Positions 11,792 through 23,900 of a stretch of DNA of 64,000 nt are shown here, piece after piece; the stretch's first letter is position 1; each line of letters opens with the position of its first letter. The translations under genes and the position numbers were made by a program. The stretch is from assembly GCA_013239625.1 (NCBI GenBank), contig MU053418.1, positions 310,001 through 374,000 of the forward strand, written 5' to 3'. The notes under the pieces are model-generated. The model had not been told where the DNA came from, ran no database searches, and saw nothing but the letters and a program-made list of their open reading frames with translations. The stretch is from Lama guanicoe (taxonomy: Eukaryota).

Positions 11792-13100
11792 GAGGGCATA
11801 TAAAACTTAAAGACATGATGAAATCACCAAGGCAGTAAGTATAGACACAGAAGAGAAGACGACTAAGGCTGAGCCCTCTGGGCTCTAACGTTACCAGGCA
11901 AGGCTGAAAGAACCAGCAAAGGCCACTAAGAAGGAGCAGCCTGGGCAGAAGGTGGTATTCTGGGAGCAAAGTGAATCAAAGAGAAGTAGGACAGAGGAAC
12001 CAGAAAACATACTGACAACACTTTTCTGAAATTTTGCACAAAGGGAGTAGACGGACGATGTAGCAACTGGTATAGGAAATGGGGTCAAGAGGTGGTTTTG
12101 AAGATGAGACAAATAATTACATGTGGTATGATGATGATGATGGGGATAGTCCAGTAAAAACTGCTGATGTTGAGGAGACAATAGACTGGCTGGAGTGATG
12201 CCCTGGAGTAGTAAGAGAGGATGGGATCCAGTACTCAATACAGAATTCCTTTAGGTGGTCACAGTGGTAGTTCATCTACAGTAACAGGCAGGCAGCAGAG
12301 AGGGACATGAGCGGATGTGGTGGTGGAGATCTCTGGTGGTGGTAGTCTCCACTTCCATTTTCTTAGTGAAGAAGGAAGGGGGAGGTGGTGAGAAGGACTG
12401 AAGAGAGGAAGTATGAAATACTCGTTTGGAGGAAGGGCATAAACAGGCAAAGTTAGAATCATTAAAGTGAGAACGCTCAGCATGGTTCTGGGTTTTCCTC
12501 CAGCCATGTTTAGTTGTATTGCTATAGCATGGAGTAGATGGGGAATTCGGTTTATCCAGGGCTCTCATTTTACCAAGCAAGTATGATGAGGTGACAGGGA
12601 GGCGAAGGAGTTGAAAAAGCATGCAAGACACTGATGATAATGATTGACCATGGAGTTTAAGCTAGTTTATTAGAGACAGAGAAGTTATCAAGGGAAGAAG
12701 GTAGTGCGGTTTGGATTGGAGGTATGGGCAGGGTTACAAAGTCTTGATTTCAGGGCATCAGAGGGAGTTACCTGTAAAGAAGTCAGGTGGTGTTTTAGAG
12801 TGGGATGCTTCAGGAGTTCCAGTCCTTGGACCTGCCAAAACCTAGAGTATGATCACAGAGGGAGTGAGAATCTGAGGTAAAGCAGAGGATAAGAATGGGA
12901 TCCATGGAGCCAAGAAGTTAGAAGAATTATCTACCTGTATACTGAAGTCTCCAAGAAGAGGATAGTGTCGGAGGGAGTTACAAAATTATAAGCTCTTTAC
13001 AGATGAGGGAAGTGTTTGCCTTGTACAGCAGCCTCCCAAGCACACCACAGAGTGTACAGGGTATGCAGAGTGAATAGCTGTGGGATGCTGAGGGAGAACG
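11792..13100 (-). mobile_element. L2 LINE continuation (upstream/ORF2 part)
   Basis: gatgaaatcaccaaggcagtaagtatagac...ggctgagccct and purine-rich decayed L2 ORF2 sequence continue the element broken at 10000; right boundary approximate. Confidence 0.65.
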
Positions 13101-13559
13101 AGACCGCTTTGAAAAGGCATGAGGCGTAGTGGGGTCTCGATTACTATAGTGAGTCTAGTACTGTGAGGTAGAAAAAGTGAGCTTCAGGTGCCTGGGTGGG
13201 ACCATATTGAAAAGAAAACCTCCAAAACTCTGAAAATGTACCTAGCTCCCTAGGCATTGGCGCATCCCAGCTCACCGGAGAGGTGGGAATGGGCGGAACC
13301 CTGGGAAGATAGTTATGCTCCAAGGAAACTGCAAGAAGCTGCAGCCCCGCAGGGAAAGCTCCTTTCCCAGGAACAGAGAAAGGCCAAGTCATTTCATGCA
13401 GGGTCAGAGTTTGTCTCTGCCCTCAGAAACTGTTGGTCCCGGCAAAAGAGGGTCCCAGCACCAAAGACTTCCGAGAAATCTCTTTAAGTCATCTTTAAGG
13501 ATGAGCAAGCGGACCAACTAGTGTGACTCCCAATCAAATGCTACTCCTTTAGGCCAGTC

Positions 13560-14230
13560 GGAGGACGGGTGCCTGGAGCTTTCAGAGCAGACGGGCCTGG
13601 TGACTCCAAGGTGACCAGGCTAAATCTGCTGTTTTCGGCTTTTCTCCCGCATCTGGAAACAGATGCCAGGCGGCACTCTCGCCGAAGTCTCCGGGTGAAC
13701 TCGGGCATAAGCGCCGCTCGCTGCTCCGAGACCCAGACCTACAGCGCCGAGCGGCGGCGGGGCGGGGCGCTGCTTTAGGTGGAGTGCGCCGCTCAATCGT
13801 CGCCTGAGACCGCCCTCAGCCAATCACGATCTTTCCTTTCCCGTTTCCCCTGAAAGTCGTCCCTCCGCGGAACTCTTTCTTTTGCTCCCTTTGTTTCCCG
13901 CCGGCGTATAGAGTTTGCTCATAGAGCGCATTTCCGCTTCCGGCGCTGTCCATGTGGGCCGAAGGAGGAGTAGCAGTTGTGAACCTGGTAACGGCCGCGG
14001 GCTGGGGGAGGCCGCGATGGTTGGGGTCCTCAGGGCTGGGGCTCCGGGAGGGTCGCGAGTCGCGCGCGTGGTAAGGTCCTCCCTCGGCCCTCCCGGACAG
14101 TCTTTGCTCCCGAGAAGCGCCTCTTGCCACGGGCAGACATACTTCGTACCTGCTGGGAAAGTGTTGAAGGAATTCGCGCAGAGCCGGGACCGGGAGGGGA
14201 GGTGTCAGGGAGAAGTGAGAGGTCGTTAAA
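13560..14230 (+). promoter_or_regulatory. BMS1: CpG-island, TATA-less promoter of BMS1
   Basis: CpG-dense. GC box GGGGCGGGGC 13759-13768, CCAAT 13820-13824, E2F-like TTTCCCGC 13894-13901, ETS CTTCCGG 13937-13943, non-canonical E-box CATGTG 13951-13956. Confidence 0.9.
13935..13987 (+). other. BMS1: Probable non-coding exon 1 of BMS1 (TSS approximate; alternative donor after 14070)
   Basis: Donor-like CTG|gtaacg at 13987/13988 and GTG|gtaagg at 14070/14071 inside the CpG island; the first coding exon has an acceptor just upstream of its ATG. Confidence 0.55.
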
Positions 14231-15059
14231 GGGCAGGGGAATCCTAGCAGATAGCTTAGAGCTGAGCCAGATCTGTTGACTCCAAATTGTGCCCCCACTT
14301 CCCGAAAGAAAAGGAGAAAGGCGTCATCAGTACAAGTTCGGAACCAAAATATAGTAGAGAAGAAAAATAATGTCTCTGAAATCACAACAGCTGTTTAGTC
14401 AAAGAGTTCCTAGAACCAAGCTCTCCTAAGTCCCAGCCATTGTATTTTTGACATTGTGCTGGTATATGTGGACTTTGTATTTCCGCTGGTGTCTGTCCGT
14501 GGGAAATCTGACCGATCAACAGTTGTGCAGCCTTCTGATGTGGCCCCTACTGCATGGTACAGAAGACACTGGTTTGGATTTCCTCCACTATTTCAGATCA
14601 TAGCTGTAGCCATCTCCATGCACAGTGCCTAGCGCATTATAGGCAGATATGAATGCTTATTGAACTGAAATGAACCTTAATTGAATGAAATGAGCACCCC
14701 CCCCCGCCTTTTAAAGCAAGCGCTCATATTGTATGTGACCTGATTTCCTAAAAAAAATAATAATAATCCAGTGATGCCCAATTTATGGGCCATGAATTCC
14801 TGGGACTCTCAGAAATTATTGTGAGGATTTTGCAAATCCGTATGGTGTCCAGGCATCATCTAGGGCCAATCATACTTCACACACGTAGTTATTGTTTTTT
14901 TAATGTATACACACGACTATTATGTGTAAAAGTTTTAGAGATTCTGCAGTAGCTAAAAGTAATACTGCCATTATGTTGGAGATTTATTAAAATGATTTAC
15001 TTTTTCAAACTATCATAAACATAGTGTAAGTTTGGAAGCCACTTCATTAGTCCAATTGA

Positions 15060-15263
15060 TATTTAGGGCTGAGTTAGTATGGTAACTACTAGTTACATAT
15101 GGCTATTTGAATTTAGAGTTGAATTAATTAAAATTAAATAAAATTTAAAATTCAGTTTCTCAGTTTCACCAGGTACATTTTAAGTTCTCACTAGCTACAC
15201 GTGGCTGGTGACTGTATTAAAAAATAGAGAGTATTTCCATCATTGCAGAAATGAACAATGCTG
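15060..15263. mobile_element. MER33 (hAT-Charlie) MITE
   Basis: ttaattaaaattaaataaaatttaaaattcagtttctcagt...tagctacacgtggctggtg...tttccatcattgcagaaa. Confidence 0.75.
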
Positions 15264-15520
15264 ATGTAGACATTTAAGACAAAAAGTAATCTAAGCAGAG
15301 GTAAATGATTTTTAGCATAATAGAAATGAAATTGGGGATAATGTTAAGCAGTTTCCATCCCTAATGGGTGAGCAAATGCGTATCTCCCCATAAGGAGATA
15401 AATGAAATATACTGTTTTTCTCTGGGTGTTTTCTGGATTGTAAAATGTTTCCCCCATCCTTACCCCATTCAGTGTATTCAGTGTAGATTAGAGTTACGTG
15501 TGAATTGGTAAAAAGCCACT

Positions 15521-15696
15521 ATGGAGACTAAGGACCAGAAGAAACACAGAAAGAAAAACAGTGGGCCCAAAGCTGAAAAGAAGAAGAAACGGCATTTGCA
15601 GGATCTCCAACTTGGAGATGAGGAAGATGCCAGGAAGCGAAACCCCAAAGCTTTTGCAGTCCAGTCTGCTGTGCGAATGGCTAGATCCTTTCACAG
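15521..15696 (+). CDS. BMS1: BMS1 coding exon 1 (exon 2)
   Basis: gccactATGG start; METKDQ...ARSFHR; donor CAG|gtatgt; 176 nt. Confidence 0.97.
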
Positions 15697-18600
15697 GTAT
15701 GTTTAGCTGGAGTCTAGTAGTTTTTCCATTTATTCTTTTTAAACAGTAGGAGCCTCTCCAGATATTTGGATTCATGAATCTGTCCCAACTCTGAAGGACA
15801 TGGAGATGCATGCTGTATTTTTTTAACTAAAATGTGAGAAGTCTTTCCTTGCCTCTAGCATCTGCACACTTACTGGCTTTTTTTGCCCAAGAGAGAAGCT
15901 TGAGAGTTTATTTATAGTATTTATAAACTTTAATTTCTGGGTTAATAGATGTGGTATTACATTTTCTGGATATGTTTCATATAATTGTAATATGTAGTAT
16001 TAAAAAGCTTTATCTAATGAGTGCTTATTATATGTACGTTAAAGGCAGTGTAATTTAACCATTATTGAATTCCATTTTCCCAGTAGAAGAGCCAAAGTTA
16101 ACTCCAAAGCCTCAGCTCTTATTTATTATGGTACACTACCTCCACGTTTGCCTTATTGTTTTCTTTTTAAACTAGTACAGTCAACTAACAAAGCAATCAG
16201 ACTTAAGGTGTATATGGTTTTCAGCACTGTACTGTTGAAGTCAATCTGTTATATATAGTTACTGAAGTGGTTATTTGGATTGGGGCTAGAAGATAACAAG
16301 TTAATTGTGTTCACATATTGTCTGTTCTGCTGTCTTGAAAATCTTTGCTTCTAGGGGTGATGCCTTTTATATTTTGAAAGTGAATTTACTTTTTTTTTTT
16401 TGTAAATAAATAGAACTCAGGATTTGAAGACAAAAAAGCATCACATTCCAGTGGTTGATCGAACTCCACTGGAGCCCCCACCAATAGTGGTGGTGGTGAT
16501 GGGGCCTCCAAAAGTTGGAAAGAGCACTTTGATCCAGTGCCTCATTCGGAACTTCACCAGGCAGAAGCTGACTGAGATCCGGGGCCCTGTAACAATCGTG
16601 TCAGGTAGGAGAGTGCTGTCAAAGACTGATGTGGCACATCCTGTCATCTGGGGGACATGCGTGTCTTTTTTGAATATTTTCTTGACTGGTGAATGTTAAA
16701 GTAATATTGTCACTTCATATTACCACTCTTGTACTTTTAGTAAGGTGGTTGTAGCTTCAGAAAAGGATAGATAATAATGATGTAGACGTATACCTTCTTC
16801 TGACTGCTGTATGGATTTGCCAGCTGTGGTCCTCTGAAGGGCTTGGCAGGCCTGGGCAGGCTGGCTTGGTCAGAGTGAGCACCTTCCTTTAACAGATAGT
16901 GAGTACCTGCTGCATACCAGGCTTGCCCACATGAAGCCATGTTCTTGTGGAAGTGAGGGAGTTTTTCTCTTTTTTTCCTGTGAGAGCTTGTCTGCTCTGG
17001 GAAATGGTGACCTTTCTAAACTTTTAGGGAAGCTGAAGCAGATTCCCAAATGGCAGTGGTAGAATCTGAAATCTCTTATTAGAGCAATAATATAGTTGGA
17101 TTGAGGCTTTTCTTTTTAAGGCATTCTATTATTTTGACTGATTTCTTTTAACTTAATTTAGAAATAATGATTATGCCATGGACATTCTGTTGCATTAGGC
17201 TTAGATGTTTTAGCTGTGGTGAGAACAGAGGAAACTTTATTAGAGAGAGAAGCATTGGCCCACTGCTGAAAAGGAGGATCATGACCATCATGAAGCCTAC
17301 TTGTCTGCCCATTCCAATTGGAACTGTACCTGTTTGAGCACTTGATTCATATGGCTGGTCTTTTGGTATTATTTTAAAATTAGTGAACATAGCAAGAAAA
17401 CTAAGATGGAATTAATTTTTTATGATCAGTTTTCTCCTCTGCAAATGAATTTCTGGTATACTCTTTGTAAGTGTGTAAGGTGCTTTAGTGGATGCAATTA
17501 AAAATGATAATTAGAGTTAATAGATTTTTTTCCAAGGTTTTTAAAAGTAAAATTTTTATCTTTCTACTTACAGGTAAAAAGCGCAGACTCACCATTATTG
17601 AATGTGGGTGTGACATTAACATGATGATTGATCTGGCTAAAGTAGCAGATCTGGTAAGTTATTGGGGATGGCGTGGATTTCTGGTGGGGACTTGCTGCAT
17701 TGTGATAGGTTGTTTATCCCATGTTGAAGGGAAGAGGTTTATGATTATTAAAGGAATGATGAGTATCATCAGGGATACAATAGATGTGTTTGAATTGATG
17801 ATAATGATAATAATAATTGTTATAATAAATGGATAAATAATATAAATGGAATGCACATAATGAAATGTATTCTAAAATCTAAAAGCAAACCATAGGACAG
17901 AGAAAACTTTTAATGAAAGTATCATTTTTTGGACCTTTGCTAGGCACTGTGCTAAAGGCTTTCTACAAATTTAGCTCATCAAATCCCCCAGTATGCCTTA
18001 GAGGTAACTGTGTCTCCAGTTTACGTATGATGAAATCGAGGCTCCTGGAAGTTAAGTAATTTATCTGAGGCTGGGAACTTTGCTCTTGATGGTATCAGGA
18101 ACTCCGTTCTTAATGATTATGGTAAAAATAAGTACATGGATTACCCTTGAGAAGTTGTCAAAGTTTATAGTGGAAAATCTAGACAGTACTCAGCATATGG
18201 AAATTGTGCAGCCATGAATGCATTTATAAAATGGTCATGTTCATTAATTACCTTTTAAACTAGCAAAAATAAAGCTAAAAAGAAAAAAAATTAAACCATA
18301 TTGATTAGGAAGTGTGGGGTGACAGATATGTTGGATTTTCTTATTCATTTTCATTGGTGACAAAGAAGATGCAGGTTTTATCCTTTGGTTCAGGAAGTCT
18401 CCTAAAAAATAAAATAAAAAGTAATTTAATATAGTTATTATAGTTGTGCCATCTTAATATCCAGAAACTAAGTACCATTCACATTTTGCTTATGTAATTC
18501 TGCAATTAATAAAAATAAGTATGTCATTGGCCACACAAAATAGCACAGTGTTATTAAATCTTGTATACTTGACATGATTGAAACAATTAAGCATGTCATT

Positions 18601-20933
18601 AATTTCTTTTATGTAACATATACCATATACTAATTTTAAAAGCATACACATAGTAAGAAAGATGCTTTTCATATACATGTTTTTAAAATTTAAAAAGGAA
18701 CACACACATTTGCCCAAAAATACTCAAACTGTACTTCAGGGTATGGGATATGCACGATGCATGCTTTTGCTTTCCTTCTCTGACCCTTAGTCTCTCAGTT
18801 CTCTTCAGCGGTATCCTTCCAGATCATAAATATATGTACAACTCTTAGAGCACACACTGTTTATCATACATGCTGTTCTGTGCTTTGCTTGTTTTCCCTT
18901 AGTATGTCTTGAAGGTATAAGATAAGCTCAGACTCATTCTTTTTAACTATTCTGTTGTATGTACCATTATTTATTTCACCTGGCTAATGTTGACTGCTCT
19001 GTTCTGGGCTGTCATAAAGCTTCCTAAGTCACAGTGAAGGCACACTGGGTACGTGGACCTGTGTGTGTGTGTGTGTGTGTGTGTGCGGGCACGTGTATGT
19101 ACATTGGAGTAGTAATAAAGGCTCACTTATCTTTAGCTGACAAAGATTGTCAGCTAAGGGACTGTTTGCCACTTATTCTTCGGACCCTACATCTAGCTAC
19201 TTGCTCCCTGGCAGTCCATGGTGTCAGATGAGGTGTAGGGATATTCCACAGCCAGCCCACACAGCTGTGCTTTCTCACAATGCCCCGTGGCCTGCCTTCA
19301 TGTATTTTCTGTTTTAAGGCTCTAAATGTCCCCTAGTTTAATCAAAGATTAATTTTTTGTTTTTGGGTTAGGTTTTTTTTACGTTACCTCCAGAAAGATG
19401 AGGACAGAGATGTTTTAAGTCTCCAGGAATCAATTCTGAAGTTGTTTTGCATGTTTGAAGAGTCATAAATATAAAAAATTGGTCTTTGCTTACATTTTCT
19501 TATAGATTACTGTTCAAAACTATCCTTTGTTTATGGATGAGCAGTTGGATGTTACAAATTAATATAAGAAAGATAGAGCTTTCCTACTACATACCTCCCA
19601 GTGAGAAACTCTTTTTTCTGTTAGAAGATTGAAAAAAATGTTCAAAAAATTTCACATTTTTTATGTTTTTCATTGATTACCACATCCTCCCATTTTTTGG
19701 ACATCAGAGATGTGTTGCTTGGCTTAAAAATACTTAACAGAAAAATATTTCTTGAAGTGAAAACTTTTCAGGTTAAGGACCAAATTAGACCTAGCCTTTT
19801 CTGAGTTATTTCTCATATATCCAGATTATTGAAATGTGGTTGATATTGTCTCAAGCTTGCCTTGTAGAGCAGGTCAGAAGGTTTTCTTTATCATGGTGAT
19901 TCCCTAAAGTAATTGTTTAATTTAATCTAGAGCAGGAGTAGGCAAACTTTTCAACAAAGGACTGTATATAAAGATAGTAAATATTTTACGCTTTGCGGGT
20001 CACAGTTTCTGTTGCAGTTACTTAGCTGTGGTTGTAATGCAAAAGCAGTTGCAGACAATATAAAGAAATTAATATGTCTGTGTTCCGGTAAAACTTTAGT
20101 TGCAGAACAGGTGACGGGCCAGATTTGACCCGTGGGCCATTGTTTGATGATGGTCTGTTTTGGGTAGCCTCCTTGAGAAATTTTGTTTCTCTTCTGTTTT
20201 TAGGTTCTGATGCTTATAGATGCCAGCTTTGGGTTTGAAATGGAAACATTTGAGTTTCTAAACATCTGTCAAGTACATGGCTTTCCTAAAATTATGGGCA
20301 TTCTCACTCACCTAGACTCCTTCAAGCATAATAAGCAACTGAAGAAGACAAAGAAGAGATTAAAACACAGGTTCTGGACAGAAGTCTACCCGGTAGGAAG
20401 AGTACTATAATCCTTTAAAAATAGAATGAAAAGGAGAGATTAACAAACCTCTCTACAGGATCGCCTCCTTCGTTTCCTTTATATATCTGTTCATAATCCC
20501 TGGAATATTTCCTCACGATAGTCTTCATTCTGGGCCTCTTGGTGTGTCTTATTTATCTCTGCTTCCCCCAGCACCAGCACGAGGCAGCGTCTGGCTATAT
20601 GTCTTTTGGATTTGTGATTTAATAGAATTTGTCCAAAGTTTTTCCTTGTCACAGGACCAAGAACTGTATTGCACACACACTGCCACTGCTTCCTCTCCCC
20701 GAGACCACTGTGTCCCATTGGTCACAGAATTTTTTTGGTGCCCAGGAGCCTCATTTCTCCTTCTGTGCAATGCTGCACTCAGATGTCACTGCTTGACTTG
20801 AAACTAAATACATCTACAGCTCTGTCCCTACAAAGCCCTAACAAGATGAGTCCTGAAAGAAGCCAGAGGCCTTCTGGAAGCATTGGCACAGTGGGTTGCT
20901 AGAAGTCTCCCTTTCTTACCGTTGCTGCTGCTG

Positions 20934-20977
<44 letters not shown>

Positions 20978-23900
20978 TTTTTTTATTTTTTTGTTTATAT
21001 AAAAATTTTTTATTTCAACATACACATACATCTATTCAGTATTGCTTCTTGTTTAGAGGCCTTTATTTTGGTGTGGTAGTGACAAAAATTCAGTTGAAAT
21101 TTAATTGATTAATTAATTAATTAATTTTTAATATTTAGGGTGCCAAGCTGTTCTACCTTTCTGGAATGGTGCATGGAGAATATCAAAACCAAGAAATTCA
21201 TAATCTGGGCCGTTTTATTACAGTTATGAAGTTTAGGCCTCTTACATGGCAAACGTCTCACCCTTATATTCTTGCAGACAGGTAAAAAGTGAATGTAAAC
21301 TTCTTCCTGACCCATATGTTTCAAAGCGAAAAAGGTTAGAAAAGGAACAGTACTAGAGCTTATTTTGTCTTAGTTTTAAACAGTGGAGAGAGAAATATAG
21401 TTGATGGGAAATACCTGCTTTTTCGTATCCTTTCTTAAAGATGCTATGGCTTCAGGAGTAAATAAAGAATAAATGTTTAGAAAAATGTGAGGATTTTGAA
21501 GCATTTAAGGCTACAGGATGTAGCCTTCATTTTCAGTGATGCTGCCTTTGGATCACGCTGCTCCTGTCACTCAGATGTGCCCTGTGCTTTCCTTCCTTTA
21601 TGCTTTTTTCGTATTTTTTTTCTTGGGCTAGAATGCCCTTTCTCCACCTGCCAGAATCCAAGCCACACTCAAAAACCCAAATCAAAGCTTAATCTTCCAG
21701 AAACAGTTTTTCTGGATATGTTCTCCACTCTTCTGTAACCCCAGGTGTATGTCATTCCCCATTTTTGGCATCTTGCTTATGGAGTGTGTATCATGTAGAG
21801 CTTGAGAGAGAGGCAGTCATGTGTCTGCACCTTTTCTTCTGGTAGATGGTGAACTGTTCTTATTTCTCTGTTTTCTATAATTTTCTAAACAATATGTTTA
21901 GTGAAATGCTGAATGTGATGAATCATTGAAATGTGAAGAGAGATATAGGAACTTTGACATTAATTTCTGCGGTATAATTGAGTCTTATTTTTCCAGGATG
22001 GAAGATTTGACAAACCCAGAAGATATCCGAACAAATAGCAAGTGTGACCGAAAGGTGTCTCTTTATGGTTATTTAAGAGGAGCACATTTGAAAAATAAAA
22101 GCCAAATTCACATGCCAGGTATCCTTTTGTGGTAAAATATACTGTATTTGTAGAGCTCTTGGGATGACTTTATTTCTCAGGATGCTTCATCTTGCTGGAG
22201 GGTTTAAGAGTAAGTCAGCTCTGCATCGTTCAGCAAAGGTGTTAAGTTGACCAAATTTCCTCCGCTCTGATGGTGGTGTTTAGCTAGAGAGGCACAGTGC
22301 TGGTGTCAACCAATGCCTTTGTTGTGGCTGAAGCCTTCTGACTGTGGGCCATTTCTGCCGGCGGTCACTTGTCAGCTGAAGCCATCTTCCTGGGTCTGTC
22401 TTCCAGGTGTAGGAGATTTTGCTGTGAGTGACGTCAGTTTCCTCCCAGACCCCTGTGCGCGTCCTGAACAACAAAAGAAGCGCTGTTTAAATGAGAAAGA
22501 AAAGTTGGTGTATGCACCTCTGTCTGGAGTTGGTGGTGTGCTGTATGACAAAGATGCTGTCTACGTCGACCTTGGGGGCAGCCACGGCTTCCAGGAATCG
22601 GTGAGGGGAAAGTCACGGGAAGTACTGTAGTCAGCCTTTGTTTACTGAAGCTTTTTATCTTTGTGTGTCTTGTAAATATACGGAACACTTAACTACACCA
22701 AGCAGAAGGTGAAAGTCATGTCCTCCGTACCTCCCTGCTGCCAAGATACACAGGGGACCCACGTCTCCCAGTGTGAGCTTTGGAAACAGTTTGGCATACT
22801 TTCTGCTTTCTCATTATACAAAATCAGTGTGTTTTCTGGCTCTCTTTGGTCTTTTTCTTTCTCTTTCTCTCTAAACATACACATGTTTATTTAGACTATA
22901 TTGTATATATCTTTAGATTATTATACATTATATGTAAACACCATCTGTGTGGTATTTGTGTGTGTGTGAGAGAGAGCAGTAGTATTTGTTATATGGGATC
23001 CAACTATAAATGCTCTTGCAACTTTTTGGGGGCACCTAAGAATATGTGATGCCATTTTTCCCCTGTTAGTATTTGTAGAGATGCTCCAATCTCTTTATAA
23101 CTGTAGTATTTCGTTGTATCGATAACTCTCCTTTACTGAACCAATCCTTGGAGGTCCGTGGGGCTCACCCCCAGTTTCCCCTGGTTGGAGCAGTGCTATA
23201 GTGAGTGCCCTCACACATGCAGCTTTGCTCACTGGGAGGGATCTTTTATGCAGTAAATTCCTTGAATAAAATTTTTGTATAAAAAGACAACAAATAAAAA
23301 AAAGTAAACTTCAGATTTTTAATTTCTTTGTTCTGAAATGGGATTTTTTTATTGGGCCAAAATAAATGCTTTCTGTAGCACTGGCACCTCTGTATTTAGG
23401 TTATTAGATTGTATACTCCATGAACTTTGGAAAAGTTTAATGAGAGAGCAATCAATTTTAGGCTTTGTTGTAAGATTTTTTTTTTTTTTTTGAAGCAGTA
23501 AGAAAGGTTCTCAGGAATGGTGTTTAGGGTAATTTTGAGAAACTGATTGAAACCAGTGTATTTTTCTTCAGCATCCTTGTGCGTTCCTCACTTTCTTTCT
23601 TGGTGGCCTTGACAGGAGGAGGTGAGGCCCACCCATGAACTGGTCCAGAGTCTCATTTCCACCCATTCCACTATTGATGCCAAGATGGCTTCAAGTAGAG
23701 TGACACTTTTTTCTGATTCCAAACCGCTGGGGTCAGAGGATATAGATAATCAAGGGTAAGTTTGCTATTTTTCTATTTTTAATAAAAAAAAATTATAGAA
23801 GATTATATCACACATAATTCTGCCATCATAAAACATTTTGGTGGGATTCATTCCAGGCTGTTTGGTTTTGCTTTGCTTTGCTTTACTTTGTACGTGCATG

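Noticed and set aside
13816..14385. 189-aa minus and 104-aa plus ORFs over the BMS1 promoter
   Set aside because: Stop-poor GC-rich sequence with non-ATG starts and no recognisable domain
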